From assembly GCA_038245905.1 (NCBI GenBank), contig JBBRRY010000002.1, positions 96,001 through 160,000 on the forward strand: a DNA stretch of 64,000 nt. Reading direction: 5' to 3'. The DNA is from Thermoanaerobaculia bacterium (GTDB lineage: Bacteria; Acidobacteriota; Thermoanaerobaculia; UBA5066). The notes beneath the pieces were generated by a model. The model saw only the letters and a list, made by a program, of their open reading frames with translations. It ran no database searches and was not told the DNA's origin. The position numbers and the translations under genes are program-made. Shown here piece by piece: positions 37,905 through 46,860 of this stretch (position 1 is the stretch's first letter; each line of letters starts with the position of its first letter).

Positions 37905-39017
37905 ATGACGACTCGACCCCCTCTTGCGCGCCTCCCTCGACGTTCCCTTCCTCTGAAACCCTCCGGTGCTCTCGTCGTGGCTCTCCTTCTGTTCGGCCTG
38001 GCGCCTTTCGCGGCGGCAGCGGACGGTGCTCCGGTGACGTCACCCGTGAGATCGTCCAGCGTCGAGGGAACGGTTTCGAAAGTCGTAGGCCCCATTCTCG
38101 ACCTCATCGAAGGCGGAATTCAGATAGACGTCACGCATGCCACGATCACGGGCGGTGACGATCGGCTCGCCAACCCTCTCCCGTGGTCCGGCATCTTCGC
38201 CGGCGCCCGGGTCGTCGCGCAGGTGACGGTGCCGGACGTTTACCCGGCCGTGTTTCCGCCTCCGCCGCTGGCGGCGACGAGAGTCGTCGTGTTTCAGGCG
38301 CGCGCGGGAGAGCTCTCGGGCACGATCCAGTCGGTGGACGTCGCGGGCGGGAAGTTCACGATGCTCATCCATACCGTCTTCACGAATGCGGGCACGAAAT
38401 GGTCCGGTGGCGGTCCGAACGGCGCCATCAAGGGGATCGGCGACCTCACGGCGGGCATGTTCGCGATCGTTGCCGTCGTGAATTCCGGCGGCCTCCTCGC
38501 GACGAGCGTCGAGGCCTACGGAACCATCACGCCGCCCGAGCTGATCGCGTTCCGTGGCCCGGTGCAGACCATCACCGCGACGCTCTGGACGGTCGCCGGC
38601 CGCGGCGTCACCGTGGATGCCGACACGAAGATCGTAGGGGACCCGAGGGTCGGCGACACCGTCGATGTTCTCGCTAAGGTCCATAACCCTCCGCCCGGAT
38701 CTCTCGCGCCCTCGTATCTCGTCGCGCTCTCGATCGTCAAATCCATCGTCATCGTCCCGCCGAGTCCGGGCGACCGCGCCGCGGAATTCGACGGCGCCGT
38801 CGAGTCGATCCCCCCGACCGCAGCTCCGGGCGCCGTGTCGTTCGGCCACTGGAAGATCGCCTCGCGTGACGTCGTCGTGAACGGGCTCACCAAGATCGAT
38901 TCGGGCATCGTCGTCGGGACGACCGTCCACGTGAAAGGTGTCTTCATGTTCGCGTCGGGAACGGGCGGAAGCCTCTTCTCGACACAGTTCGTCGCAACCG
39001 AGATCCGAAAAAAATAA
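37905..39017 (+). CDS. Secreted protein with repeated DUF5666-like OB-fold domains
   Basis: Signal peptide; repeats such as VTVDADTKIVGDPRVGDTVDV and VVVNGLTKIDSGIVVGTTVHVKG. Confidence 0.6.
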   Translation: MTTRPPLARLPRRSLPLKPSGALVVALLLFGLAPFAAAADGAPVTSPVRSSSVEGTVSKVVGPILDLIEGGIQIDVTHATITGGDDRLANPLPWSGIFAGARVVAQVTVPDVYPAVFPPPPLAATRVVVFQARAGELSGTIQSVDVAGGKFTMLIHTVFTNAGTKWSGGGPNGAIKGIGDLTAGMFAIVAVVNSGGLLATSVEAYGTITPPELIAFRGPVQTITATLWTVAGRGVTVDADTKIVGDPRVGDTVDVLAKVHNPPPGSLAPSYLVALSIVKSIVIVPPSPGDRAAEFDGAVESIPPTAAPGAVSFGHWKIASRDVVVNGLTKIDSGIVVGTTVHVKGVFMFASGTGGSLFSTQFVATEIRKK

Positions 39018-39040
39018 GCGGCGCGCGTTTTCGATTCCTC

Positions 39041-39074
39041 GCGGCGGGCCCCTCGGCCCGCCGCTCCTGATTTT
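39041..39074 (+). terminator. Probable terminator hairpin
   Basis: Perfect 10-bp stem GCGGCGGGCC-cctc-GGCCCGCCGC followed by TCCTGATTTT. Confidence 0.5.
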
Positions 39075-39092
39075 CGGGTTACCCTTCGCCCC

Positions 39093-40280
39093 ATGAGCAC
39101 CAGCCTTACCGAGTTCTGCCGCCAGGAAATTGCCGCCCTGAAGGAAGCGAAGACCTGGAAGAAAGAGCGCGTGCTCGAGGGACCCACCGGGGCGCGCGTG
39201 CGGGTCGACGGCCGCGACGTCCTGATGCTCACCTCGAACAACTACCTCGGCTTCGCGAACCACCCGCGCATCGTGGAGGCCGCGACGAAGGCGCTTCAGA
39301 AGTGGGGCAACGGCCTCGGCTCCGTGCGCTTCATCTGCGGGACCCAGGCGCTTCACAAGGAGCTCGAGGCCACGATTTCGACGTTCTTCGGCACCGAGGA
39401 CACGATCCTCTACATGTCCTGCTGGAACGCGAACGAAGGGCTCTTCGCGCCGCTCCTCGCGGAGGAGGACGGCCTCCTCACGGACGCCCTCAACCACGCC
39501 TCGATCATCGACGGCGTGCGCCTCTGCAAGGCGAAGCGCTTCGTGACGCCGCACGGCGACCTTTCAGCCCTCGAGAAGGCGCTCCAGGAGGCGGCCCCGC
39601 TCCGGCGCCGCCTTTTCATCACGGACGGAGTCTTTTCCATGGAGGGCGAGATCGGACCGCTCCCCGCGTTCGCCGAGCTCTGCGAGAAGTACGACACGAC
39701 GTTCGTCGTGGACGATTCCCACGCGACGGGCGTCCTCGGGAAGACCGGGCGCGGCTCTGCCGAAGAGCTCGGCGTCATGAAACGCGTGAAGATCTTCACC
39801 TCGACTCTCGGGAAGGCGATGGGCTCGGCCGCGGGCGGTTTCACGACGGGCCCCGCGCCCGTCGTGGATCTCCTCCGCCAGCGCTCACGCACGTCCCTCT
39901 TCTCGAACGCGCTGCCTCCCGCGGTCGCGGCGGCTTCCCTCGAGGCCTTCAAGATGCTCATGGAGGATCCGTCCCCCGCGCATCGCGTCCAGAAGAACGC
40001 GCTCACGTTCCGGACGCGCATGAAGGCCGCCGGCTTCAAGATCCCCGACGGGATCCATCCCATCGTCCCCGTGATCGTCGGCGACACCGCGAAGGCCCTC
40101 GCGATGTCGGAGGCGCTCTTCCAGAAGGGCGTCTACGTCTCCGGTTTCGGGTTTCCCGTCGTCCCGCAGGGGCACGCGCGGCTGCGCTGTCAGATCTCCG
40201 CGGTCCACACGGAGGCCGACCTCGACGAGGCCGTCGACGCGTTCACGAAGGTCGGAAAGCAGTTCGACGCGATCGCCTAG
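39093..40280 (+). CDS. kbl: Glycine C-acetyltransferase (2-amino-3-ketobutyrate CoA ligase)
   Basis: SNNYLG, SVRFICGT, DALNHASIIDGVRL, TDGVFSMEG, DDSH, STLGKA, LFSN. Confidence 0.88.
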   Translation: MSTSLTEFCRQEIAALKEAKTWKKERVLEGPTGARVRVDGRDVLMLTSNNYLGFANHPRIVEAATKALQKWGNGLGSVRFICGTQALHKELEATISTFFGTEDTILYMSCWNANEGLFAPLLAEEDGLLTDALNHASIIDGVRLCKAKRFVTPHGDLSALEKALQEAAPLRRRLFITDGVFSMEGEIGPLPAFAELCEKYDTTFVVDDSHATGVLGKTGRGSAEELGVMKRVKIFTSTLGKAMGSAAGGFTTGPAPVVDLLRQRSRTSLFSNALPPAVAAASLEAFKMLMEDPSPAHRVQKNALTFRTRMKAAGFKIPDGIHPIVPVIVGDTAKALAMSEALFQKGVYVSGFGFPVVPQGHARLRCQISAVHTEADLDEAVDAFTKVGKQFDAIA

Positions 40281-40666
40281 GGCACGACGCTCACGTGGAA
40301 GTGCGCTTCCACGGATTGCGGCTTGAAGGAGGCCGGGAGCGGATCGAACGGCGCCGCGGACTTTACGGCCTTCAGCGTCGCGTCGTCCCAGCCCTTCTTT
40401 CCGGACTTCAACGACACGATCGCGGAAACGAGAGCGCCGTCCCGGCCGATGACCGCCTGGACGACCGTCTTCCTGCCGACCTCGGGGATTCTGGACGCGC
40501 CCGGCGCCTTCCATTTCTTCGCCACCCGGTCGAACGCCTGCTTCTGGTAGGCGGCGTCCGTGAGGTTGCTCTGGAAGTAGACCTTGAGCTCCGGACGGCC
40601 CGCGGCGAGAGCCGAACCCGTCAGGCCGGCGGCAACGAGGAACGCACCCAGGACCTTCAGCGACAT
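40277..40666 (-). CDS. Small secreted TonB/TolA C-terminal-domain protein
   Basis: VIGRDG, SGKKGWDDATLKAVKSAAPFDPLP. Confidence 0.7.
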   Translation of the reverse strand: MSLKVLGAFLVAAGLTGSALAAGRPELKVYFQSNLTDAAYQKQAFDRVAKKWKAPGASRIPEVGRKTVVQAVIGRDGALVSAIVSLKSGKKGWDDATLKAVKSAAPFDPLPASFKPQSVEAHFHVSVVP

Positions 40667-40723
40667 GTCGCGGCACGATAGACCACCCGCGCCCGGGTCC
40701 CAAGCCCGCGGTAACCTTCCGCC

Positions 40724-42535
40724 ATGCACGCCCTGAGACTCCCCCGCCCGGCTTGCGTCCTCGGCCTCCTGCTTTCGCTCTCCTTCATCCCCCTCTTCGC
40801 GGCGGAGCGGCCGGCGATTCCCGTCCCGCCGGACCTCCTCACGCGGGCCGAGCTCACCGCCTTCCGGAAGACGGAGAGCCCCGAGGAGGTCCTCGCGTTC
40901 CTGGCGCGCCTCGAGAAGCTGTCACCGTATCTCCGTCTGTCTTTCATCGGGCCGAGCGAGGAGGGACGGCGCATCCCGGTCGTCGTGGCCTCGAAGGAGA
41001 AGCTGTTCGAGGCCGCCGATCGCTTCAAAAGCGCGAAGCCCGTCGTCCTCGTCGTCAACTCGATCCACGCGGGGGAGGTGGACGGCACCGACGCGACCCT
41101 GCGCCTGCTGCGCGACATCGCGCTCACTAACCGGCTCGAGCTCCTCGACGGCGTCACCCTCGTGACCGTCGTCGTCTACAACGTGGACGGGCACGCGCGC
41201 ATCTCGGCGTACAACCGCCCGAACCAGAACGGCCCGGAGGAGATGGGGTTCCGCACGAACGCGCGCGGCCTCGACCTGAACCGCGACTTCGTCAAGGCCG
41301 ACGCGAAAGAAACCCGCGCCCTTCTCGCACTCGCGGACGCGTGGAAGCCCGACCTCTTCGTGGACGACCACGTGACGGACGGCGCCGATTTCCAGGCAAC
41401 CCTCACGGTGTCGTACGCGAACGAGCCGGTCACCCCGAAGCCGATCGGGGACTGGCTGAAGGCCGTCGTCCCGAAGGCGCTGTCCGACGTCGAGAAGGAG
41501 GGCGTCGCGGTTGGCGCCGCCTACGTGGACTTTATCGACTCGCGCGATCCCATGAAGGGATTCGACTCGTCCATTTTCTCGCCCCGCTATTCCACGGGCT
41601 ATTTCCCCGTCCGCAACGTCCCATCCATTCTCGTCGAGACGCACGCGCTCAAGCCCTTCGGTGAGCGCGTGCGGGCGAACGAGCTGTTCCTGCGCGCGCT
41701 TCTCGAGCGCACGGGCCGGGCGGCGAAGGAGCTTCTCGCCGCGCGCGAGACCGCGCGCTCCCAGGCCCGGGGGATGCCCGCCGGGTCGCCCGTCGTCGTC
41801 GCCGCCGAGGGGGATCCGGCGCGGCCCGAGACGATCGCATTCCCGACTTACGAGTGGACGGAAGCCGTCTCGACCGTGACGGGCCGGCCCACCGTGCGTT
41901 TCGACGCGTCGCGCAAGAAAACGATTCACATCCCGAGCCTCGAGCACGCACGGCCCACGGTCACCGTCCCGCGCCCGGCCGCGTATCTGATTCCCGCGGG
42001 CTTCTCGAACATCGAAGAGCGCCTGAAGGCGCATGGAATCCGTTACGAAAAGCTGTCCGCCCCCCGCACCCTCGCCGTCGGAACGTACCGGGCCTCGGCG
42101 CCCGTCTTCGGAAAGGCGTCCTATCAGGGGCGCGTCCGCGTCGAAGCGACGATCGCGCGCGCCGTCGAGACCCGCACGCTGCCGGCCGGCTCGCTTTACG
42201 TACCGCTCGACACCGAGCTCGCGAACGTCGCGATCGCGATTCTCGAGCCGGAGAGCCCAGACTCCCTCTTCGCGTGGGGCGAGCTTTCCTCGTGCCTCGA
42301 AGAGAAGGAGTACATGGACACGAGGGTTCTCGATCCGCTGGCCGAGCAGATGCTCGCGAAGGATCCGAAACTCGCGTCGGAATGGAATCAGATGCTCCGG
42401 GACCCGAAGTTCGGAAGCGACGCCCGGGCGCGGCACCGCTTCTTCTACGGGAAGACGCCGTTCTTCGAGGAGACCGTCGGACTCGTGCCCATCTTCCGGC
42501 TGGACGCGCCTCTCTCGCCTCTCTCGCCTCTCTAG
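40724..42535 (+). CDS. M14-family zinc carboxypeptidase-like protein
   Basis: IHAGE, YNVDG, LDLNRD, DDHVTDG, LVETH; signal peptide. Confidence 0.85.
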   Translation: MHALRLPRPACVLGLLLSLSFIPLFAAERPAIPVPPDLLTRAELTAFRKTESPEEVLAFLARLEKLSPYLRLSFIGPSEEGRRIPVVVASKEKLFEAADRFKSAKPVVLVVNSIHAGEVDGTDATLRLLRDIALTNRLELLDGVTLVTVVVYNVDGHARISAYNRPNQNGPEEMGFRTNARGLDLNRDFVKADAKETRALLALADAWKPDLFVDDHVTDGADFQATLTVSYANEPVTPKPIGDWLKAVVPKALSDVEKEGVAVGAAYVDFIDSRDPMKGFDSSIFSPRYSTGYFPVRNVPSILVETHALKPFGERVRANELFLRALLERTGRAAKELLAARETARSQARGMPAGSPVVVAAEGDPARPETIAFPTYEWTEAVSTVTGRPTVRFDASRKKTIHIPSLEHARPTVTVPRPAAYLIPAGFSNIEERLKAHGIRYEKLSAPRTLAVGTYRASAPVFGKASYQGRVRVEATIARAVETRTLPAGSLYVPLDTELANVAIAILEPESPDSLFAWGELSSCLEEKEYMDTRVLDPLAEQMLAKDPKLASEWNQMLRDPKFGSDARARHRFFYGKTPFFEETVGLVPIFRLDAPLSPLSPL

Positions 42536-42554
42536 TTTCTCAACGTTTCCGCGG

Positions 42555-43106
42555 CTAGCGGTGGAGAGGCCTCGGGCGCCGGACCAGGATGAGGCGGGCC
42601 GGCCGCCCGGCACGTTCGCAGGCGGCGCAGAGGCGCGCGCGCCCGAACGGCGAGCGCCGGGTCCACTCGGCGGTGCATCCGGGGCAGCGGTAGGCGTATC
42701 GCGCGTTCGCCTCGCGAACGCGGCGCAGCCGCTCGGTCTCCGGTGCGGTCCGGCGCGCGACCCCCAGCCTTTTCGCGAGCGCCCAGAATCGGGGGGAATG
42801 GCCTTCGGCGACGCCCCACTCGGTGAAGCAGATGGCGTGTGTGGTCTCGTGGAGAAGCGTCTGGAGACGGTCCTCCAGGGACATGTGGCTCGAGACCCGG
42901 ATCACATGGGGCGGTCCGTACGTGATGACGCCTCCGGTCGCGCGCCGCGCCGTGAGGACCACGCGCGCCGGGGGGAGCTTCCACGTGGCGGCGAGAGAAT
43001 CGTAGCGGGCCTGCAGGGCCGACTGCTCGGCGACGATCTCGGCGGGAGACGGCGGCTCTTCGAGAAAGAGGTCGAGCTGCCTGAGACGCGACCCGATCGC
43101 GCTCAT
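42555..43106 (-). CDS. SprT-like zinc metalloprotease domain protein
   Basis: TLLHETTH, GHSPRF, YRCPGC...LCAAC. Confidence 0.8.
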   Translation of the reverse strand: MSAIGSRLRQLDLFLEEPPSPAEIVAEQSALQARYDSLAATWKLPPARVVLTARRATGGVITYGPPHVIRVSSHMSLEDRLQTLLHETTHAICFTEWGVAEGHSPRFWALAKRLGVARRTAPETERLRRVREANARYAYRCPGCTAEWTRRSPFGRARLCAACERAGRPARLILVRRPRPLHR

Positions 43107-43134
43107 GGGGACACCTCCACCTTGACGCCCATCC

Positions 43135-43719
43135 TCACGCGCCCCACATCGCGTCGCGATGAGGAGCGAGCGACTTCTGAAGAACGAGAGCGACGACGAT
43201 GGCGGCCAGGACCGCCGCGACGAACTCGAGAAGGGGAACGGGCCGGCCGTGAAAGCTCACCGGAAGAGCGCCCTTCACGAGCCAGATCGCCGCGAGTGCG
43301 GCGCCACCGGGCCACGTCGCGCCCGTTCCGAGCGCGAGCCAGGCGAGGCCGAGCCCGAGCGCGAAGGCGACGAGGTAGGCATGCGCAATCGCGATGGCGG
43401 GCGGAGCGTCCAGCCGGGGCGCGAGAACCAGGCGGAATGCGGCGACCGGAATAGCGCCAACGGCCGCGACGACGGGCGCCGCCATCCCCGCCGGCAGCTT
43501 TTTCCGGAGCCAGCCGTAGAAAGTCCCGCGCACGATTCGTTCGAAGAGGAAGGCGCCGAGAATCGCCATGGGAGCAAACCAGAGGAGGCGCGAGGAGTCC
43601 ACGCCCTGGGAGAACGAGAGGTAATGCAGGGACCGGGCGGCGGGTAGATAGACGAGCGACACGAGGACGAGAGCCGCGGCCGCCCCGGCCGCGAGAGTCG
43701 CGTTGACTCCCGATTTCAC
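43135..43719 (-). CDS. Membrane protein, degenerate CPBP/CAAX-protease-like
   Basis: Hydrophobic; FERIVRG resembles the EE..FRG motif but lacks catalytic residues. Confidence 0.45.
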   Translation of the reverse strand: MKSGVNATLAAGAAAALVLVSLVYLPAARSLHYLSFSQGVDSSRLLWFAPMAILGAFLFERIVRGTFYGWLRKKLPAGMAAPVVAAVGAIPVAAFRLVLAPRLDAPPAIAIAHAYLVAFALGLGLAWLALGTGATWPGGAALAAIWLVKGALPVSFHGRPVPLLEFVAAVLAAIVVALVLQKSLAPHRDAMWGA

Positions 43720-43754
43720 GAACCTATGGTAGCAGGAACTACACTCGTTTCACC

Positions 43755-44666
43755 ATGAGTCACGCTCCCGTTCTGCGCGTCGCCTTCATCGGACTCGGCA
43801 CGATGGGTCAGGGAATGGCCCGGAATCTCGCGAAGGCGGGCTTCCCGCTCACCGTCGCCACGCACACGCCTGGAAAGGCCGACGGGTTTGCCCGTGCGCT
43901 CGCAGCGGACGGCTGCGACGTGCGAGCCGCCGCGACTCCCGCGGCCGCCGCCGAAGGCGCGGACGTCATCGTGTCCTCTGTCCCCGATTCCCCAGAAGTC
44001 GAAGCCGTCCATCTCGGAGCCGCCGGCACGGCCGCCGGCGCGCGCCGCGGCACGATCGTGATCGACTGCTCGACGATCGCCGCCGAAGCGGCCCGGGAGA
44101 TCGCCCGCCGGCTCCTCGAGAAAGGCATCGACTTCCTCGACGCGCCCGTCTCGGGCGGGCAGAAGGGAGCGATCGAGGGCACACTCACGTTCTTCATCGG
44201 CGGAGACCCCGCGGCGCTCGAAAAGGCTCGTCCCGTCTTTGCCGCCATGGGCCGCCGCTTGACGCCGCTCGGTCCCTCGGGCTGCGGCCAGCTCGGCAAG
44301 GCGGCAAACCAGATCCTCGTCGCGAACAACCTCATGGGCGTTTCAGAGGCTCTCGCGTTCGCCGCTCGGGCCGGGCTTCCGCTGGGGCCGCTTCACGAGG
44401 CGCTCACCGCCGGCGCCGCGAACTCGTGGGCGCTCGAGGTGCTCGGAAAGAAGATGATCGACCGCGACTTCAAGCCCGCCTTCGCCGTGAAGCACCAGCA
44501 GAAGGACCTCGCGATCGTCCTCGCGACCGCGCGCGCGCGCGGCCTGCCGCTGCCCGGCACGGCGCTCGTCCACCAGCTTCTGACCGCGCTCGAAGCCCGG
44601 GGCCAGGGGGAGGACGGCACGCAGGCGCTGCTCACGGTCTATGAAGAGATGACGCACAGGCGTTAA
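43755..44666 (+). CDS. NAD(P)-dependent beta-hydroxyacid dehydrogenase (MmsB/GarR family)
   Basis: FIGLGTMG, DAPVSGG, KAANQ, KDL. Confidence 0.88.
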   Translation: MSHAPVLRVAFIGLGTMGQGMARNLAKAGFPLTVATHTPGKADGFARALAADGCDVRAAATPAAAAEGADVIVSSVPDSPEVEAVHLGAAGTAAGARRGTIVIDCSTIAAEAAREIARRLLEKGIDFLDAPVSGGQKGAIEGTLTFFIGGDPAALEKARPVFAAMGRRLTPLGPSGCGQLGKAANQILVANNLMGVSEALAFAARAGLPLGPLHEALTAGAANSWALEVLGKKMIDRDFKPAFAVKHQQKDLAIVLATARARGLPLPGTALVHQLLTALEARGQGEDGTQALLTVYEEMTHRR

Positions 44667-44693
44667 GATCCCGGAAAACCGAGGGAGGACCGC

Positions 44694-45161
44694 ATGAAAC
44701 CCGTCCGTTCCGTATTCGTCGCTGCTGCCGCCGCGCTCGTCTTCGCCGCGCTCCCCACGAGCGCCGACGAAAACAAGATCGTGAAGAGCTTCCCGTTCAG
44801 CGACAAGGAAACCAAGGTGAACGTCACGGTGGGTGACGTCGTCATCGGGTCCTTCCGGATCCACCACTGGCCCGACCCCGACGACATGGCCAAGGGAGAG
44901 AAGAACCTGAACGACACGCACAAGTCGTCCGTCGAGTTCACATACGCGAACCGGGACCGCGAGAACAACTACAAGTGCCACTACACGATCGAGGTCCCCG
45001 GCGGAGCCGACGGGAAGCCCTACGCGATCACCAACGAGACGCGCACGCTCAGCAAGGGCAAGGCGGACGACACGAACAAGGTCTCGCTCAAGATGAGGAC
45101 GCACGAGTACAAGCTCGCCAAGACGATGAAGGTCACGTTCGAGATCTGGAAGAAGTCGTAG
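44694..45161 (+). CDS. Secreted hypothetical protein, paralog A
   Basis: GGAGG SD, signal peptide, GC3-rich codons; aligns to the next gene. Confidence 0.75.
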   Translation: MKPVRSVFVAAAAALVFAALPTSADENKIVKSFPFSDKETKVNVTVGDVVIGSFRIHHWPDPDDMAKGEKNLNDTHKSSVEFTYANRDRENNYKCHYTIEVPGGADGKPYAITNETRTLSKGKADDTNKVSLKMRTHEYKLAKTMKVTFEIWKKS

Positions 45162-45196
45162 CGCCCGTCCCCGATCGCCGAGAACGGAGGTTCCCC

Positions 45197-45655
45197 ATGA
45201 GCCGGTTTCGTCTGGCCGCGTGCGTGGCCCTGCTCCTCGCGTCCCCGGCGTCTCTCGCCGAGAACGCGAAGTTCGAGCGTAGCTTTCCGTTCGTGGGCGA
45301 CAAGGACGTCAAGGTCGGCATCAAGTCAGGAGACGTCACGATCGAGTCGTTCCGCATACGGCACTGGCCGAGCTCGGAAGACTTCGAAAAGGCCGGCAAG
45401 GAGCTGAACGACAAGCACACGATGGTCGTGGAGTTCCGCTACTCGAACCGGGACCGCGACAAGGACTACAAGTGCAAGTACGTGGTCACGATCCCCGGCG
45501 GCAAGGACGGCAAGCCGTTCGGCGAGAACGACCGGACGGCCACGCTCGACAAGGGAAAGGTCGACGACACGAACTCCATGTTCGTGAAGATGTACACGAA
45601 CGACTACAAGATCGCCAAGACGATCAGGATCTCTGTCGAGATCTGGAAGAAGTAG
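45197..45655 (+). CDS. Secreted hypothetical protein, paralog B
   Basis: GGAGG SD then ATG 45197; shares SFPF, SFRI.HWP, LND.H, VEF.Y.NRDR..YKC.Y, TL.KGK.DDTN, EIWKK with paralog A. Confidence 0.75.
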   Translation: MSRFRLAACVALLLASPASLAENAKFERSFPFVGDKDVKVGIKSGDVTIESFRIRHWPSSEDFEKAGKELNDKHTMVVEFRYSNRDRDKDYKCKYVVTIPGGKDGKPFGENDRTATLDKGKVDDTNSMFVKMYTNDYKIAKTIRISVEIWKK

Positions 45656-45665
45656 CGGCGCGCCC

Positions 45666-45938
45666 TCAGGCGCATGCGCAGGCGCGCCTGCGCGCGGCTC
45701 CCTGCTGGGTTCGCCACTCGGCGCGGCGGCGGCGATAGTCCTGGTCCGCCTGGCGCGCGAGGATGCGGCGGTAGTCGGCCTTGAGACGGCCGATCTCGGT
45801 CACAAGCCGCGACGAGAGGTCCAAAGCGGCCGGAGAGGCTTCGCCGGGATCGACGGAGAGCCCCGCCAGCTCTGCCTCCCGGACCTCGATTCGCGCCCTC
45901 AAGACTCTCGCTTCGTGAAGTTCGGCCGCCGATTCCAT
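45666..45938 (-). CDS. Small helical hypothetical protein
   Basis: GAGGA before MESAAELHEARVLRARIE; coiled-coil-like; no recognised family. Confidence 0.4.
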   Translation of the reverse strand: MESAAELHEARVLRARIEVREAELAGLSVDPGEASPAALDLSSRLVTEIGRLKADYRRILARQADQDYRRRRAEWRTQQGAARRRACACA

Positions 45939-46090
45939 GACTTCCTCGCTCGCCTTCCCGGTCCCAGGGGGACCCGTCCTGCTCATCAAGACGAAATCCG
46001 GGCGAAAAAGTTTCAGGTCTCTGAAGAAGCGGGATCACCGCGAGGACAAGGTCCCGCGCCCGTGATCTGCGGAATAACCGGCGAACGTAC

Positions 46091-46096
46091 TAGCAT
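46091..46096 (+). promoter_or_regulatory. -10 box of a probable leaderless transcript for the DUF2064-rSAM/ArsM-PiT operon
   Basis: TAGCAT 6 nt before GTG 46103; no SD. Confidence 0.5.
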
Positions 46097-46102
46097 TCAA
46101 CA

Positions 46103-46810
46103 GTGATCAACGTGAAGGCGTCCCGGTGCGTCGTTCTGTTCTCCAGGTCGTCCCAGAACGAAGGGGCCTTGAAAGGCATGCCCGGCCGCGGCCGGATCTT
46201 CGCGTTCTCCGCGTGTCGAGTGGCCGAGGCCGTACAGGCCCTAGGCGGGGTGGACCTGATTCTCGCAGGCGACGGACCGGCCCCGGAGGGAGCGCGTTTG
46301 CTGCCCCAGCGCGGTCGCGGGTTCGGCGAGCGCCTCAAGAACGTCTTCGAGGACGCGCGAGCGGCCGGCTACACGGAGATCATCACCGTTCCGGGGGACG
46401 TGCCGGGGATCTCCGCGACGCATCTCGACACCGCGTTCCGGGCGCTCGAGGCGCGCGATACCGTCCTCGGCCCGTCGGCCGACGGCGGAGTCTGGCTGAT
46501 CGGGCTTCGCGCCGGACCGACCGCTCTTTCGAATTTGTTCCAGAGAGTCCGATGGATGACCGCGAGTGTCTTTTCATCTCTCGTTCGGAACGCGCCCGAT
46601 GCGGCTCTTCTGGAAGTGCTTCTCGACGTCGATCGTCCATCCGACCTCGCGACCCTCGCGGCGGAGCAGGGTCTCGACCCGACTCTCGCCGCACTCCTCC
46701 GCTCGCTCCGGCCCGTCCCCGCCGCCCCCGAATGGGCCCGCCGGACGATTCCGCGCCGGCCCCGTCCCGTCGCTCCCTCCCGCGCGCCTCCTGCCCGGCT
46801 CGCCGCCTGA
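46103..46810 (+). CDS. Divergent DUF2064 / TIGR04282-like (CofC-related) protein with a C-terminal RAPP motif
   Basis: QRGRGFGERL, GDVP, VLGPSADGGVWLIGL, LDVDRPSDL; Pro/Arg-rich tail ending PSRAPPARLAA. Confidence 0.75.
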   Translation: MINVKASRCVVLFSRSSQNEGALKGMPGRGRIFAFSACRVAEAVQALGGVDLILAGDGPAPEGARLLPQRGRGFGERLKNVFEDARAAGYTEIITVPGDVPGISATHLDTAFRALEARDTVLGPSADGGVWLIGLRAGPTALSNLFQRVRWMTASVFSSLVRNAPDAALLEVLLDVDRPSDLATLAAEQGLDPTLAALLRSLRPVPAAPEWARRTIPRRPRPVAPSRAPPARLAA

Positions 46811-46860
46811 CGATTTTCCCCCCGCGGCCCGGACGACTCTCGAATTTCAGGAGGTTGGCG
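46781..46860 (+). promoter_or_regulatory. Anti-SD/SD pairing linking the RAPP codons to the RBS of the rSAM-ArsM gene
   Basis: GCCTCCTG (46786-46793) is complementary to CAGGAGGT (46848-46855), with one G:U pair. Confidence 0.55.

Noticed and set aside
42509-42535. 9-bp tandem repeat (CTCTCTCGC) at the end of the M14 gene, and CTACGC repeats near 61668-61690
   Set aside because: Only 2-3 copies; trivial slippage repeats, not CRISPR or phase-variation tracts.
45676-45693. 18-bp perfect palindrome GCGCAGGCGCGCCTGCGC near convergent gene ends
   Set aside because: No U-tract, lies within an ORF end, and GC palindromes arise readily at this composition.
45666-46106. Small ORFs upstream of the arsenic operon as RiPP precursor candidates for the RRE-like domain
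   Set aside because: No leader/core pattern. The minus ORF is divergent and helical, and its ACACA end coincides with a DNA palindrome. The plus ORF 45915-46106 has no coding hallmarks.
46126-46860. Upstream in-frame extension of the rSAM-ArsM ORF across the DUF2064 gene (possible frameshift fusion)
   Set aside because: The extension is junk-like, there is a strong SD plus ATG at 46861, and I saw no convincing slippery site in the DUF2064 frame.
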